Positions 1-10,330 are shown, counted from the first letter of the stretch. The stretch is 64,000 bases of DNA from Gammaproteobacteria bacterium (GCA_034522075.1 JAXHLO010000022.1:59104-123103); one strand, 5' to 3'. The notes: generated from the letters alone by a model not told the origin. Translations and numbers: made by a program.

Positions 1-237
1 CAGGCGGCCCTGCGGCCTATTCGCACAGCCGACCGGATCAGCCGTTTCTTCCTCGGCATCACCCGTGGCCTCGACCTGGATACCCTCGGGATCGATGAAC
101 GTCTGATCAACGGCATGCCGGGGTTCGTGGTGACGCAAGGCGGCAGCGTCCTTGGCACCTTCGCCTTCGAGGGCGGTGACGGGTTGATTCAGCGCGTCTA
201 TGTCGTGCGCAATCCCGACAAGCTGCATCACGTCTGA
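1..237 (+). CDS. 3' end of a gene entering from upstream, tentatively the C-terminal tail of a SigJ-type ECF sigma factor
   Basis: Frame 1 is open from base 1 to TGA at 235-237 (...FEGGDGLIQRVYVVRNPDKLHHV*). The VRNPDKL ending matches what I recall of SigJ-type sigma-70 family proteins. Only 78 codons are visible. Confidence 0.4.
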   Translation, partial: QAALRPIRTADRISRFFLGITRGLDLDTLGIDERLINGMPGFVVTQGGSVLGTFAFEGGDGLIQRVYVVRNPDKLHHV

Positions 238-259
238 CCGGGCCGTCAGGAGACGCGGC

Positions 260-1093
260 TCAGTAGCCCTGGAAGCGTTCAGCCTGGACATAATGTCGTT
301 TGCCGGCCAGCAGTTTGCGCTTCGTCCAGCCCGCGAGAAAACACAGCTCCGTATAGGCGTACTGGGCCCGGATGTCCGGCGCACCGGCGTCGATGACCTC
401 GCCGATAAACCGCTCCACGTCCAGTTCCGGCGCATGGACCCGGCATTTGGCGATCCCCGTGGCCAGCAATTGTCCGGGCTGCAGGCTCTCCACGTCGATG
501 GCTCTGAGTTCACCATCGGCGATGACGAAATTCTTGGCCACCGGGTCGACATAGTCGAAGCCCTGCCAGACGGTGCGTGGCCGAATGACGTCAGCATGCT
601 CAGCAATCTCCACGGCCCGGCGTTCCGTCAGCACGCCGCTGTTGCCGAGAAACCACAGATCCGTGTGCAACTGTTCGTGCCACGGTGTTTCGGCCAGCGG
701 ACAGGATCGCGACTCCTGTGCGTAAAGGCGGCCGAAGAACTGCGCAAGCTGTGCCAGATCGGCCGCATTGCCGAGACTCGGCCGCCGCCCGGAAATGAAC
801 TCCACCCAGATCTCGTTCTCATGGCGTTCCACCAGACGTGGAAAGGCCTGCCGGATCGGCACGGTGCGCAGCGCCGCCTCCACGCCCTCGGCCTGGCGGC
901 TGTCGCCGAACACGACCCGCTTGTAACGGTGGCCGTTGATATCAACGAAGTAAACGGCCTGGGATTTCCGCACACCGCCCAGGAACCATGAACGCAGGGT
1001 GTTCAGCAGGCGCCGGCTCAAGCGGTGCGCCGGACGGTGACCGATGCGGCCGATCACGCCGTTGGCCGCCGTCGAGGTGGATATCCATTCCAC
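260..1093 (-). CDS. protein-kinase-like fold protein (Kdo/WaaP or aminoglycoside/choline-kinase-like), function unknown
   Basis: 277-aa ORF with a catalytic-loop-like FDYVDPVAKNFVIADGELRAIDVE. It sits beside glycosyltransferase and methyltransferase genes. The start at 1093 leaves almost no divergent promoter space, so the true start may be internal (GTG at 1057). Confidence 0.45.
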   Translation of the reverse strand: MEWISTSTAANGVIGRIGHRPAHRLSRRLLNTLRSWFLGGVRKSQAVYFVDINGHRYKRVVFGDSRQAEGVEAALRTVPIRQAFPRLVERHENEIWVEFISGRRPSLGNAADLAQLAQFFGRLYAQESRSCPLAETPWHEQLHTDLWFLGNSGVLTERRAVEIAEHADVIRPRTVWQGFDYVDPVAKNFVIADGELRAIDVESLQPGQLLATGIAKCRVHAPELDVERFIGEVIDAGAPDIRAQYAYTELCFLAGWTKRKLLAGKRHYVQAERFQGY

Positions 1094-1138
1094 AGCATGT
1101 TAAAGAACTCCGCCATTCCTCTGGGTAATCTGTGCAGC

Positions 1139-2212
1139 ATGCCAAGCGTCCCGCGCGTCACCGTCTTCATTCCCGCCTACAACCGGCAAGACTACATCGG
1201 ACTGGCCATCGACAGCATCCTGCAGCAGGATTTCACCGACCTGGAAGTCCTGGTGGTAGACGATGGTTCCACCGACCGCACGCCGGAGCTGGTGGAAAGC
1301 TATGACGATCCCCGTGTGCGCCTGGAACGCAGCCCCGAGAACGCAGGCATTCCCGCCGCCCGCAATCGCGGCCTCGCCTGCGCCCGCGGCGAATACATCG
1401 CCCTGCTCGACAGCGACGACTTTTCCTATCCCGGGCGCTTGAGCCGCCAGGTGGCATTTCTGGACAGCAACCCCGCCATCGCACAGGTGGGCAGCTGGTG
1501 CTCGCTGATGGACGACGCTGCCCGCCTCTTGCCGCGCATCCGCCGCCAACCCACCCGGTGCGCCGACGTGGACGTGCACCTGCTTTTTCACTGTTCGCTG
1601 ATCAATCGTACCATCATGGCTCGAACCGCCATACTGAAGGAGTTCAGCTACGACGAGCGCTTCCCACGCTGCCAGGATTACGACCTGCACGCGCGCCTGT
1701 CCGAACACCATGCAATGGCCAATCTGCCGAGCATTCTGGTCTGCGGCCGGGAACACGAGGGGCGTTTCACCCGCGCTACCCGGGACGTTGGCCGGGACCG
1801 CAAGATAGCCATACAGGCAAGCCTGCTCGACACCCTCGGCGTGCAGTTCGACGACCATGACCTGGCGCTGCACTACGGCCTGAGTCAACGGCCGGATGCC
1901 GAGCGGCCGCCGGCGGCCGAGCACCTGGCATGGGCAGAGCAATGGCTGACCGCCATTGTGGAAGCCAACGGGCGCCGGCAGCGTTATGACCCCGAAGCTC
2001 TGTCCCGGGCGGTCGCCCTGATCTGGGCGAGCACCTGCTGGTTCGATCGCCAGGCGCCCGGACGCCACTGGTTGCGGCGCGCCGTCGGCAGCCGCCTGGC
2101 TGCGGGCCTGCCCCGCGCCGTACTGTCCCGCTGGCTGCTGGCGGCTGCGCTGCCGGTCAACCGCAAAGCGCTGTCCGTCCCAAGTGCGGGATCGCCAGCC
2201 CGCCGGCCGTAG
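1139..2212 (+). CDS. family 2 glycosyltransferase
   Basis: VTVFIPAYNRQDYIGLAIDSILQQDFTDLEVLVVDDGSTDRT...ALLDSDD is the classic GT2 N-terminal domain with the DxD motif. The listed ORF opens at 1025. ATG 1139 (MPSVPRVTVFIP) or ATG 1097 is the likely start. Confidence 0.85.
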   Translation: MPSVPRVTVFIPAYNRQDYIGLAIDSILQQDFTDLEVLVVDDGSTDRTPELVESYDDPRVRLERSPENAGIPAARNRGLACARGEYIALLDSDDFSYPGRLSRQVAFLDSNPAIAQVGSWCSLMDDAARLLPRIRRQPTRCADVDVHLLFHCSLINRTIMARTAILKEFSYDERFPRCQDYDLHARLSEHHAMANLPSILVCGREHEGRFTRATRDVGRDRKIAIQASLLDTLGVQFDDHDLALHYGLSQRPDAERPPAAEHLAWAEQWLTAIVEANGRRQRYDPEALSRAVALIWASTCWFDRQAPGRHWLRRAVGSRLAAGLPRAVLSRWLLAAALPVNRKALSVPSAGSPARRP

Positions 2213-2216
2213 AACA

Positions 2217-2966
2217 TCAGAAACTGAGTGCCGCCTGGAATCGGGGTGTGGCAATCAGGAACTGACTGTTGATGCTGCGCACCAGGTTGGTCCGATAGGA
2301 ACAGCCCCGGGCATCGAGCAGCTGCAATGCCGCGGCGATGGTGTCGATTTCACCGCGGCGCTCCGCATCGTCGAAGATGATGAGGAATTCCTCCTCCAGG
2401 CTGGACTCGATGAACTGCAGGCAACCCCAGCGCGAACGGCGCCGGCTGGAACGGGGCCCGTCGACGAGCAGCACATTGAAAGCCTCCTCTGCGCCCAGCA
2501 CCGCGGCATCGTAGACGGCGGCCTGGTGGCCGAGCACCGTTCTGTCCACCAGCGGCGCCGCCAGCACGGCACCACTCACCTGGCTCTGCAGGCGTTCCCG
2601 CCATCCTGCATCGTGCTCGAGCGTGGTACAGGACACTGGAAACGATGCCGCCAGGCGGTCCAGCAACAGGGTGGACTGGCCTGCCCCGAGTTCCAGCACC
2701 TTGAGCGGGGACAATTCCTGCACCGCGCGCAACAGCAGATACAGGTAGCTGTAGGTGGCGGCACTGCGCAGCGGATAGAACGGTGTATCGCGGATTCCCA
2801 GCCGGTCGAGCTCGCGATGCACGATCCCCTGAAAGACCACCTCTCTGCCCTGCAGCCAGGCAGTCGGCGACAGCAGCCGGGAGCCGCGCTCCATGATGGG
2901 ATTCAGGTAGCGGCGCAGCCACAACCGGGTGCGCAGGCGGGCGAAGGAATCGGCGTCTCGACTCAA
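2217..2966 (-). CDS. class I SAM-dependent methyltransferase
   Basis: 249-aa ORF with the motif I sequence VLELGAGQSTLLL followed by an acidic LEHD. It is convergent with the GT2 gene. Confidence 0.65.
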   Translation of the reverse strand: MSRDADSFARLRTRLWLRRYLNPIMERGSRLLSPTAWLQGREVVFQGIVHRELDRLGIRDTPFYPLRSAATYSYLYLLLRAVQELSPLKVLELGAGQSTLLLDRLAASFPVSCTTLEHDAGWRERLQSQVSGAVLAAPLVDRTVLGHQAAVYDAAVLGAEEAFNVLLVDGPRSSRRRSRWGCLQFIESSLEEEFLIIFDDAERRGEIDTIAAALQLLDARGCSYRTNLVRSINSQFLIATPRFQAALSF

Positions 2967-3144
2967 AATAAAGACCTATCGGCGGACATTGTATAGCGGC
3001 CGCGTATCCTAGGACGCATCGTGCGGATTCGCCAACCAGGAAATCACGACCTCTTGCTGCAACGAGCGGCTACCCGGCAGGCTCCATGATTCCGCAATGC
3101 GGCTGCCGATGCCACCTCCCCTGCCCGCACACTAACGCACAGCA

Positions 3145-4881
3145 TCAGGCAGCCGGTGATCCCTGACGCCTCTGCAGCCGCTGCCAGACCCAGCCGGCGG
3201 GTCTGTCGTCACCGGTGAGCACGTAGTCGCAGACATTGGTGTTGCGCAGCACGCCGATCTGGGTGCGGCTGGCGGACAGCGTGCCGGCGAACAACAATTC
3301 ATCATCCCGTTGCAGCACGGTATCGTCCCCGGGCAGGGCCTGAAACGTCCCGCTGCGCGACAGGCTCAACGCCAGCACGGGCAGCGGCTCGTCCCGGTCG
3401 GTGGGATCACGCCGCAGATCTGCGATGGTTACCTGGCGACCGGCCGACTCCATGGCGTGCAGCGGCGCAGGCGCGTCGGCGGCGGTCAACCGGACGCACC
3501 AGATTTCCGGAGCGCGCGTGCCGAGCACTTGCGCCAGTTCCTCGAAGGCACGTTCCGCCCAGGCATTGCTCTGACTGCGGGCAAAATCCAGGAAATCGGC
3601 CAGGCGCGGCGTCCTGATCAACGCCAGACATTCATTGGCGATGATCTCGCTGGAGACCATGGTGATGTCAGCATCGAACGCCGCAAACAGCGCACTGCTC
3701 GACTGCACATTCTGCCGCACGATCGTGAACAGGTTGTCGTTGAGTTCGCGGGCGGTCACGGCGATGGACAGGTTGGTGATGTCGTCATCGGTACCGGCGA
3801 CGATGCCCACCGAGTCACGGATTCCGGCACTGATCAGCGGCTCCGCTTCGGTACCGGTGCCCTGAATCGTCTGCAGTCCGGGAATCGGCTCCTGCCCCGG
3901 GTCCACCACACAGGCATCGAGACCCTGTCCACGCAGGGCATCGACCACTTCCCGGCCGAATCTTCCATAGCCGCAGACCACCCAGTGGCCTCGCGGCGGC
4001 GCCATGTGCACGCTGAACTCACTGCCCGGCTGTGAAGTGAGCCACGACACCAGCCGATAGGACGCCGGAGCTGCCAGAGCCAGGGCCAGATAGCTGCCGA
4101 ACCGGGCGAACGGGTTGACGATGTGGTCGGTGCGAAACGATGCCATGTTGGCTTCCACCTCCCGGCTCATGGCACGGGCCAGAACGGGCGTATCCGGGTT
4201 CAGCAGGCGTACCGACATGGCCGCCGCCAGATTGGCCTGGTCATCGTTGGTCAATGCCAGCACGGCACGGCAGTTCGGTTTGGCCACACCAGCCTGTAAC
4301 AGTGTGTCCGGCAGCCGCCCATCCGCGCAAAGCGCCGGAACGTCCTGTGTCAGATCGAGCAGTTTCAACTCCTGCACCCGGGTCTCGTCGATGTCCACGA
4401 CCACGAACCGCAGCCCCAGACGATCCAGCGCCTGACCTACCAGCAGACCGGTTTCACCAAACCCGCAGAGCAGATAGAAAGGTTCCTGCAAACGCCGGAT
4501 GGCACGGGCGATGCCGGCGGCCGTCAGGGCACCGCGGATGGCATCGTCCCGGGCCAGCGACAGCAGACTCGCCACCAGGTACGCCCAGGCCATGACCGAG
4601 GCGAAGATGATCACGGTCACCCACAGGCGCTGCATGGCCGTGAAGGCTGCGGGTATCTCGCCGAAGCCGATGGTGGTCGCCGTATAACTCATGAAGTAGA
4701 GCGCCTCGGCGAAGCTCAGGTGCCACGTTCCGCCGTCGGTGTCCGCGCCCGGCAACAGCACCAGGCCGGCAATGCCGCCGGAAAACACGGCAATGATGGC
4801 GATCAGCGGGCCCCGTAGGTGACGCAGGCCCAGCAGCAGCACGCTGCTCTTCACGTCAGCGCCTCTGCATGGTGGTTTCAA
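3145..4881 (-). CDS. potassium channel protein with two RCK/TrkA-N domains
   Basis: Pore and selectivity-filter-like YTATTIGFGEIP. Two Rossmann-type RCK domains follow (LLCGFGETGLLVG... and VVCGYGRFGREVV...). An alternative GTG start at 4854 lies 1 nt after the upstream stop. Confidence 0.85.
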   Translation of the reverse strand: MKPPCRGADVKSSVLLLGLRHLRGPLIAIIAVFSGGIAGLVLLPGADTDGGTWHLSFAEALYFMSYTATTIGFGEIPAAFTAMQRLWVTVIIFASVMAWAYLVASLLSLARDDAIRGALTAAGIARAIRRLQEPFYLLCGFGETGLLVGQALDRLGLRFVVVDIDETRVQELKLLDLTQDVPALCADGRLPDTLLQAGVAKPNCRAVLALTNDDQANLAAAMSVRLLNPDTPVLARAMSREVEANMASFRTDHIVNPFARFGSYLALALAAPASYRLVSWLTSQPGSEFSVHMAPPRGHWVVCGYGRFGREVVDALRGQGLDACVVDPGQEPIPGLQTIQGTGTEAEPLISAGIRDSVGIVAGTDDDITNLSIAVTARELNDNLFTIVRQNVQSSSALFAAFDADITMVSSEIIANECLALIRTPRLADFLDFARSQSNAWAERAFEELAQVLGTRAPEIWCVRLTAADAPAPLHAMESAGRQVTIADLRRDPTDRDEPLPVLALSLSRSGTFQALPGDDTVLQRDDELLFAGTLSASRTQIGVLRNTNVCDYVLTGDDRPAGWVWQRLQRRQGSPAA

Positions 4882-5239
4882 TGATGAGAATGGTCACAGA
4901 CACCACATTGGCCAGCAGTGCACCCGCCGCCAGGGACACGATGGCCGCCATGGCATGGGATGCCACCACGCCGTCGGCGACGGCCGGGGCGAAAAACCAC
5001 ACCAGCGCAGCCGCCACCAGTTGAATGACCGCCACCATGCTGGCAGCCAGATGGATGGCCCCGACGTGAGTGCGGTCGCCGAACTTGAGCACTGTGGCGA
5101 TGAGATTCACCACCAGGGCAGCAAAGAATTCCCAGCGATTGTGGAATTCCGGGTTGTCCAGATCACCGTAGACGAAACCGAAGTTCAGCGTCGCCGCCAG
5201 CAGAATGAAAAAACCGAATATGACCTTTTCCAGGTTCAT
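4856..5239 (-). CDS. small integral membrane protein, cotranscribed with the K+ channel
   Basis: MNLEKVIFGFFILLAATLNFGFVYG... contains four hydrophobic segments. It ends immediately upstream of the channel gene. I recognise no family. Confidence 0.5.
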   Translation of the reverse strand: MNLEKVIFGFFILLAATLNFGFVYGDLDNPEFHNRWEFFAALVVNLIATVLKFGDRTHVGAIHLAASMVAVIQLVAAALVWFFAPAVADGVVASHAMAAIVSLAAGALLANVVSVTILIIETTMQRR

Positions 5240-5324
5240 GAAAGCCGTTCCCCGCCCCGTTGAGTCGTAGCACGGTACCACGGCGCATGGGCAGGGCAAG
5301 CCCGGCGCCGCAGCCGCTCACGGG

Positions 5325-6187
5325 TCAGCTCCGTGCATGGCTGCGAACCTGATTGCTCGTCCCCAGATAGCGTTTGCCGAAGGCGGCGCCGATCACCAGT
5401 GCGGCGAGCGGCAGCACCGCGCCTGGGGCAGCAGAAAGATCGGCCTGCCCTTCCCAGGGATAGGGAAAGTTTGTCAGCCAGTGCATCAGCATTGAGCAGT
5501 GGCACACAACCGCCGGAACCATTGAAGAACACCGAAAAAATCACCGAGACGGCCATGATCTGAACCCAGAAGATAAGAAAGTCCGTGGCATCGGAGCCGC
5601 CAACGAGAAAGATCGGCAGGTGCCACACACCCCAGACAGCACCGACAAGCAATGCTGCCGAAACACCGCTCATGTGCTGCTGGAGCAGAGCAAGGCAGCG
5701 CAAACCCTCGCCAGCCGATTTCCTCCACTGGACCGGCCGTGGCGGTAAGCACTGCGCCCGGCGGCGGCGCGCGCCAACCGTCCGCAAGCCACGCCAAGGC
5801 AGGATAACCCAACCCGGACCAGACCAGCGCAGCGCCAAGATAAAGGCCCGGCAGCAACACCACCGCCGCCAGATACCATCGAAAAGCACAGCGCCAGCGG
5901 AGGATGCTGGACAGGAACGCCTTGAGCTCTGCTGCGCCGCCCACCAGCCAGGACGCCGCAATGGCGGCAATGGCCGGGCTCCATACGCCCAGATAGTAGA
6001 TCGGCGAATAGAGCGACAGGTCTATGCTGACACTGTCCATAACAACAGCGACTGTCAGCAGCAGACCCGGTACCACCCAGGCCAGGGTAAACGTCACCGC
6101 GACCGAAGAACCACAGCAGGCGTCTTTCGAGCATTCGAGCGTTTCCCCCGCCTTGTACCGCCCCGGCTGAGCATCTGGAACAATCAT
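5325..6187 (-). pseudogene. CPBP (CAAX-type) intramembrane glutamic endopeptidase split over three frames
   Basis: Frame A carries GPVEEIGWRGFALP (EExxxR motif). Frame B carries LLVGAVWGVWHLPIFL (His motif). Frame C carries the C-terminal helices (MLMHWLTNFPYPW...). The shifts lie near 5693 and 5500. Confidence 0.6.
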
Positions 6188-6276
6188 CACCCTGGTTGGC
6201 AGACACGCCGATATCAATCTGCCCGCCGGGCAGTCAACATGACCATCTGCGGCATCCATTGTGCGGAGACTGGGCC

Positions 6277-6858
6277 ATGAAAATCTACGGTGACGCGCGA
6301 TCCGGTAACTGCCTGAAAGTAAAGTACACGGCAGACCATCTGGGGCTCGAGTATCAGTGGGTGGACATCGACATCTTTGCCGGCGAAAGCCGCACGCCCG
6401 CCTACCTGGCCAACTTCCCCCAGGGCCAGGTGCCCGGTATAGAGCTTTCCGACGGACGTTGCCTTGCCCAGTCGAACGCCATCGTCCGCTACCTGGCCGC
6501 CGGCACCAGCCTTCTGCCGGCAGACATGTTTCTGCAGGCGAAAGTGGACGAAATGCTTTTCTGGGAACAATACAGCCACGAACCCTACATCGCCGTGTGC
6601 CGGTCGCTGATGGTCTACCAGGGCCGTGCCGCGGCAGACCGGGAGCCATGGCGGGTCGAACGCGGTGAGCACGCACTGGATCTGCTGGAGCGTCGGCCGA
6701 CTTCGCAACGCTGGCTGGCGAGCGACGCCTTCACCGTCGCCGATATCGCCCTGCTCGCCTACACGCGGATCGCCCCGGAAGGCGGCTTCGATTCGAGCAC
6801 GCGGCCAAAACTGCGCGCCTGGATCAAACGCTGTGAGCTCGAACTGGGCCTGCCATAA
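6277..6858 (+). CDS. glutathione S-transferase
   Basis: MKIYGDARSGNCLKVKYTADHLGLEYQWVDIDIFAGESRTPAYLANFPQGQVPGIEL...SNAIVRYLA is the GST N-terminal thioredoxin-like fold, followed by a helical C-terminal domain. ATG at 6277. Confidence 0.85.
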   Translation: MKIYGDARSGNCLKVKYTADHLGLEYQWVDIDIFAGESRTPAYLANFPQGQVPGIELSDGRCLAQSNAIVRYLAAGTSLLPADMFLQAKVDEMLFWEQYSHEPYIAVCRSLMVYQGRAAADREPWRVERGEHALDLLERRPTSQRWLASDAFTVADIALLAYTRIAPEGGFDSSTRPKLRAWIKRCELELGLP

Positions 6859-6886
6859 CGGCGGCCATTCACCTCGACTGCAAGCG

Positions 6887-7762
6887 TTATTCGATCGCCG
6901 GATCGTTGTCCGGCGAGTTCAGAGCCCAATCGTAATCGATGAAACGGATCCCGGCAGCCGCATCGATAGACGGATGTCGGGACTCATCGGTGTGGCGCTT
7001 CAAGAAACCACGGACGCTTCCCGCTGCTTCGACGAAGTCGGCTTCATACCAGTCGAACAGTTGCGTCAGATAGAGCGTTTCGCCGGCAAAACGCATGTGA
7101 CGTTCGGTGAGCAATGCGCGACGCGTGTTCTCGGACAGCAGAGCCTGCACGTTGTCTCGAGTATAGGCCCGGTCACGAAGCGGCGGACAACCCACTGAAG
7201 CGCAGTTGACGGCGAAGTGCACGCGGGCGTCTTTCCAGCCCTTCTCCTGAAATGCCTCACCGAGCAAGGTACCCTTCTCGATGCCGTCCAGGCTGTATTG
7301 GCGACCGCCGACGTTGAATAATTCCCGCTCGAACACGTTCGCCCGGAACGGGTTGTAGCGCCCGCCGTAGTCCCATACGGAATCCACCAGCTCACCACCC
7401 GGGCGCTCCTCCAGAATGTGGGCGACCATGAAAAAGTTGTAGGCATTGAGCCAGAAGGCGATAGCGGCGTCCTTGTCCTGCAGGCGATCTGGATCGAATT
7501 CGGCCAGTTGGTCACGCTGCGTCTGAATGCGCTCCCCCGTTCGCGGATCGGCAAGGGCGTCCTGGTAACGGAACGCTGAAACCAGCCCGCCGCCGTTCAG
7601 GTGCTTTTCCTCCAGGTGGCTGGCCAGCAGTTCGCCGTAAGGCTGGAACAGACCAGCAATGCCTGGGCCCCGCTCCGCGGAGGTATCCGTGCCCGCTGCC
7701 GCCGCCGTGCAGAGCTGGATGCAGAAGCAGATCGTCACAACGCCGGTGCGGCCGCTGACCAT
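6887..7762 (-). CDS. DUF547 domain-containing secreted protein
   Basis: WLNAYNFFMVAHILE and VHFAVNCASVGCPPL are DUF547 hallmarks. The start at MVSGRTGVVTICFCIQLCTAAAAG gives a signal-like N-terminus. Confidence 0.8.
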   Translation of the reverse strand: MVSGRTGVVTICFCIQLCTAAAAGTDTSAERGPGIAGLFQPYGELLASHLEEKHLNGGGLVSAFRYQDALADPRTGERIQTQRDQLAEFDPDRLQDKDAAIAFWLNAYNFFMVAHILEERPGGELVDSVWDYGGRYNPFRANVFERELFNVGGRQYSLDGIEKGTLLGEAFQEKGWKDARVHFAVNCASVGCPPLRDRAYTRDNVQALLSENTRRALLTERHMRFAGETLYLTQLFDWYEADFVEAAGSVRGFLKRHTDESRHPSIDAAAGIRFIDYDWALNSPDNDPAIE

Positions 7763-7988
7763 ACAGGTCTCCTCGTGTCGTCTATTGCCGTACAAGACAT
7801 CAGATGCCGTATTTCGCAGAACGTTACACCAGTGGAGCGGTGCAACTCGTCCTGGATCACGGCTGGCCGATCCCGGCTTTCCGCGCAACAGGTGGGTGCG
7901 CCGATACTCCGCGGGGCAGCAATTTCATGAAACGCATTATATAATTGCTGGTTTACCTCTATCCACCACCGACTCGACTGGAGACACC

Positions 7989-9230
7989 ATGAGCACAGAA
8001 GCCTGGATCATCGATACCGCCCGGACACCCCGGGGCATCGGCAAGGTGGGCCGAGGTTCCCTCGCCCACCTGCACCCGCAGCACCTCTCGGCCACCGTGC
8101 TGAAGGCGCTGGAAGCCCGCAACGGCATCCCGACCGCCGAGGTGGACGACGTGATCTGGGGTTGCTCGTCCCAGCGCGGCAAACAGGGTGCCTGCATCGC
8201 CCGCATGTCGCTGCTGGCTGCCGGCTGGGACAGCCGCGCCAGCGGCGTGACCCTGGATCGCTTCTGCGGCTCCGGTATTACCTCGGTCAATCTGGCCGCG
8301 GCCAGCATCATGTCCGGCATGGAAGACCTGGTGATAGCCGGCGGCGTGGAGATGATGTCCTACACTGCCGAACTGGCAGCCCAGGGCGGCAGCGCCATGC
8401 TGGATGCCGGCAACCTGGCACTGCGCGATCTGCATCCGCAGCCCCATCAGGGCATCTGCGCCGACCTCATCGCCACCCTGGAAGGCGTCGACCGCGCGGA
8501 TCTCGACCGGCTGGCTCTGGCCAGCCAGCAGCGGGCGGCCACCGCGCTGGACAACGGATACTTCGATAAGAGCGTGGTACCGGTACACAACGAAGACGGC
8601 ACCCTGGCTCTGGACCGCGACGAATTCCCCCGGCCCCAGACCACCCTGGAAGGCCTGTCGCAACTGCCGGCGGTGTTCGAAAACTTCATGCCCATGCCGG
8701 TGGACGAAACCGGCGAAACGTTCGATTCCATCGTGCGCCGTACGTACCCGGACCTGGAGGTCAACCACGTCCACCATGCTGGCAACTCCTCCGGGGTGGT
8801 GGACGGCTCGGGAGGCGTGCTGCTGGCATCCCCCGACTACGCCAGAGCCCAGGGCTGGAAACCCCGGGCACGCATCGTCGCCATGGCCAATGTGGCGGGC
8901 AGCCCGGAACTGATGCTCAACGAGCCGGTGCCGGCGGCAAGAAAAGTCCTGGCCAAAGCCCGCATGACCCTCAACGACATCGATCTGTTCGAGGTGAACG
9001 AAGCCTTCGCCGTAGTGGCCTACAAATTCATGCGCGACCTGGAGCTCGATCCGGCCAAGGTCAACGTAAATGGCGGTGCCATCGCCCTGGGTCACCCGAT
9101 CGCGGGCACCGGATCGATCCTCATCGGCACGATTCTCGATGAACTGGAGCGCCGGGATCTGGCGACCGGGCTGGTCACCATGTGCGCCGCGGGCGGTATG
9201 GCACCGGCCATCATCATCGAGCGCGTTTGA
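7989..9230 (+). CDS. acetyl-CoA C-acyltransferase (thiolase)
   Basis: MSTEAWIIDTARTPRGIG..., active-site region LDRFCGSGITSV, and C-terminal NVNGGAIALGHPIAGTGS...CAAGGMA. The listed ORF begins at 7659, but homology begins at ATG 7989. Confidence 0.9.
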   Translation: MSTEAWIIDTARTPRGIGKVGRGSLAHLHPQHLSATVLKALEARNGIPTAEVDDVIWGCSSQRGKQGACIARMSLLAAGWDSRASGVTLDRFCGSGITSVNLAAASIMSGMEDLVIAGGVEMMSYTAELAAQGGSAMLDAGNLALRDLHPQPHQGICADLIATLEGVDRADLDRLALASQQRAATALDNGYFDKSVVPVHNEDGTLALDRDEFPRPQTTLEGLSQLPAVFENFMPMPVDETGETFDSIVRRTYPDLEVNHVHHAGNSSGVVDGSGGVLLASPDYARAQGWKPRARIVAMANVAGSPELMLNEPVPAARKVLAKARMTLNDIDLFEVNEAFAVVAYKFMRDLELDPAKVNVNGGAIALGHPIAGTGSILIGTILDELERRDLATGLVTMCAAGGMAPAIIIERV

Positions 9231-9247
9231 ATATCCCAGGGGAACCC

Positions 9248-9270
9248 CGGGTGCTGCCATCGGCAGCACC
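9248..9270 (+). terminator. stem-loop after the thiolase gene
   Basis: GGGTGCTGCC-atc-GGCAGCACCC is a perfect 10-bp stem 18 nt after the stop. No U-tract follows. Confidence 0.4.
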
Positions 9271-9338
9271 CGCGTGCGCCGTTGGCACCTTGCCGAAGCG
9301 TCCACTAAAATAAGGACGACGAACGCAATCACAGATGC

Positions 9339-9740
9339 ATGGCGGTGCCAATGCACGAGACTTATCGGGATACGCGATTCCGCCAGGATGCGCCGCCGGA
9401 TTACTGGCCCGCACAATTCGTCATCATCACGGCCTACCCTCCTGTAGGGGAAACGTGGTCGCAGGCACGCATCGACGCTGCTGAAGTCCACCTGACGGCG
9501 AGCCTGACGGACATGGATCGCTGGATGCATCGGCTCATGGCTTACTCGACAGCCACAGGCGCCACGGAACCCGGATGGGCCGTGGAGATCAGCACCACGA
9601 AAGGCGCCGCCATTGCCCGGCGCTTCCTGCAGGACGCCATTTTCATGGTCGAGGACGACATGCTCTGGGTCGTGGACTGCGACGACGATGCGGTCAAAAC
9701 CTGCATCGGCCGCTTCAGCGAGCGGCTGGATTCAGACTGA
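9339..9740 (+). CDS. hypothetical protein (from memory resembles the DUF3293 family)
   Basis: 133-aa ORF with protein-like composition (FVIITAYPPVGETWSQARIDAAEVHL...). The family assignment comes from recollection only. Confidence 0.35.
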   Translation: MAVPMHETYRDTRFRQDAPPDYWPAQFVIITAYPPVGETWSQARIDAAEVHLTASLTDMDRWMHRLMAYSTATGATEPGWAVEISTTKGAAIARRFLQDAIFMVEDDMLWVVDCDDDAVKTCIGRFSERLDSD

Positions 9741-9760
9741 CCGCAGGAGCCAGCCAGCAC

Positions 9761-10144
9761 ATGTCAATCTACCGTATCGGGCTGCCGATGCTCCTGCTGC
9801 TGGGGTTCCCCGCACAGGCCGAACTGGCCGTGGAACTCGCCGACACGGATCCGCAGGCTTCTCAGTCCCTGTTCACAGGTGACGCCCTGTCGGTGCGCCT
9901 CATCTACGAAAGCGACGAACTCAACACGGCCCAGCAAGCCATGGTGAGCACTGCCTTCCGCGAGGCGGGCGCAACGGATTCGGTGATGGGATCGATGCTG
10001 GTGCCGCTCACGGGCTACACGATCTTCGCTCTGCTGGCCGGGTCAAACCTCTGGCCTTTGATGCTGCTGTTTCTGACGCCGCTGGCCTTTCTGTATCTGG
10101 CCGGAGTCGGGCTGGCGAGGCTCGTCGTACTCAGGCGAGTCTGA
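9761..10144 (+). CDS. hypothetical exported or membrane protein
   Basis: MSIYRIGLPMLLLLGFPAQA is a signal peptide. The C-terminus has two hydrophobic helices (YTIFALLAGSNLWPLMLLFLTPLAFLYLAGVGLA). Confidence 0.45.
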   Translation: MSIYRIGLPMLLLLGFPAQAELAVELADTDPQASQSLFTGDALSVRLIYESDELNTAQQAMVSTAFREAGATDSVMGSMLVPLTGYTIFALLAGSNLWPLMLLFLTPLAFLYLAGVGLARLVVLRRV

Positions 10145-10188
10145 ACCGGTTGCGCCGGTTCCGGGCGCGCAGCCAGCCGACGCCGAAC

Positions 10189-10330
10189 TCAATCGCCGGC
10201 CTGCCGGAAGACCAGAACGGCACCTGTCACGCCACCGTCTCTCTCGCGTATCGGCGCCGCATAAAATTCCATCGGTCTCGAGGCAGGCCCATCCGACGAT
10301 GGAACGCAATCTTCCAGGGACCAGGCCCAC
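10189..10330 (-). pseudogene. PAS-domain C-terminal fragment (gene remnant)
   Basis: The translation ...SSDGPASRPMEFYAAPIRERDGGVTGAVLVFRQ matches the last beta strands of a PAS domain (...P.e..a.PI.d..G.v.GavlvfrD). There is no upstream domain and no kinase or output domain. Confidence 0.3.

Noticed and set aside
5486-6676. 396-codon minus-strand ORF overlapping the GST gene.
   Set aside because: The N-terminal 160 codons are antisense to the GST gene and Arg/Pro-rich. Only the part from 6187 downward is CPBP-like, and that part itself continues in other frames.
7959-9530. Very long ORFs antisense to well-supported genes: 1100-2254(-), 7959-9530(-), 25084-26295(-), 43689-45815(-), 56730-58667(+), 28727-30151(+) and 48227 onward within 47812-49560(+).
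   Set aside because: Their translations are Arg/Ala/Gly/Pro-rich, low-complexity and carry no motifs. The opposite strand encodes clear thiolase, FadE, Pcm-esterase, CzcA and similar products. These are typical shadow ORFs of high-GC DNA.
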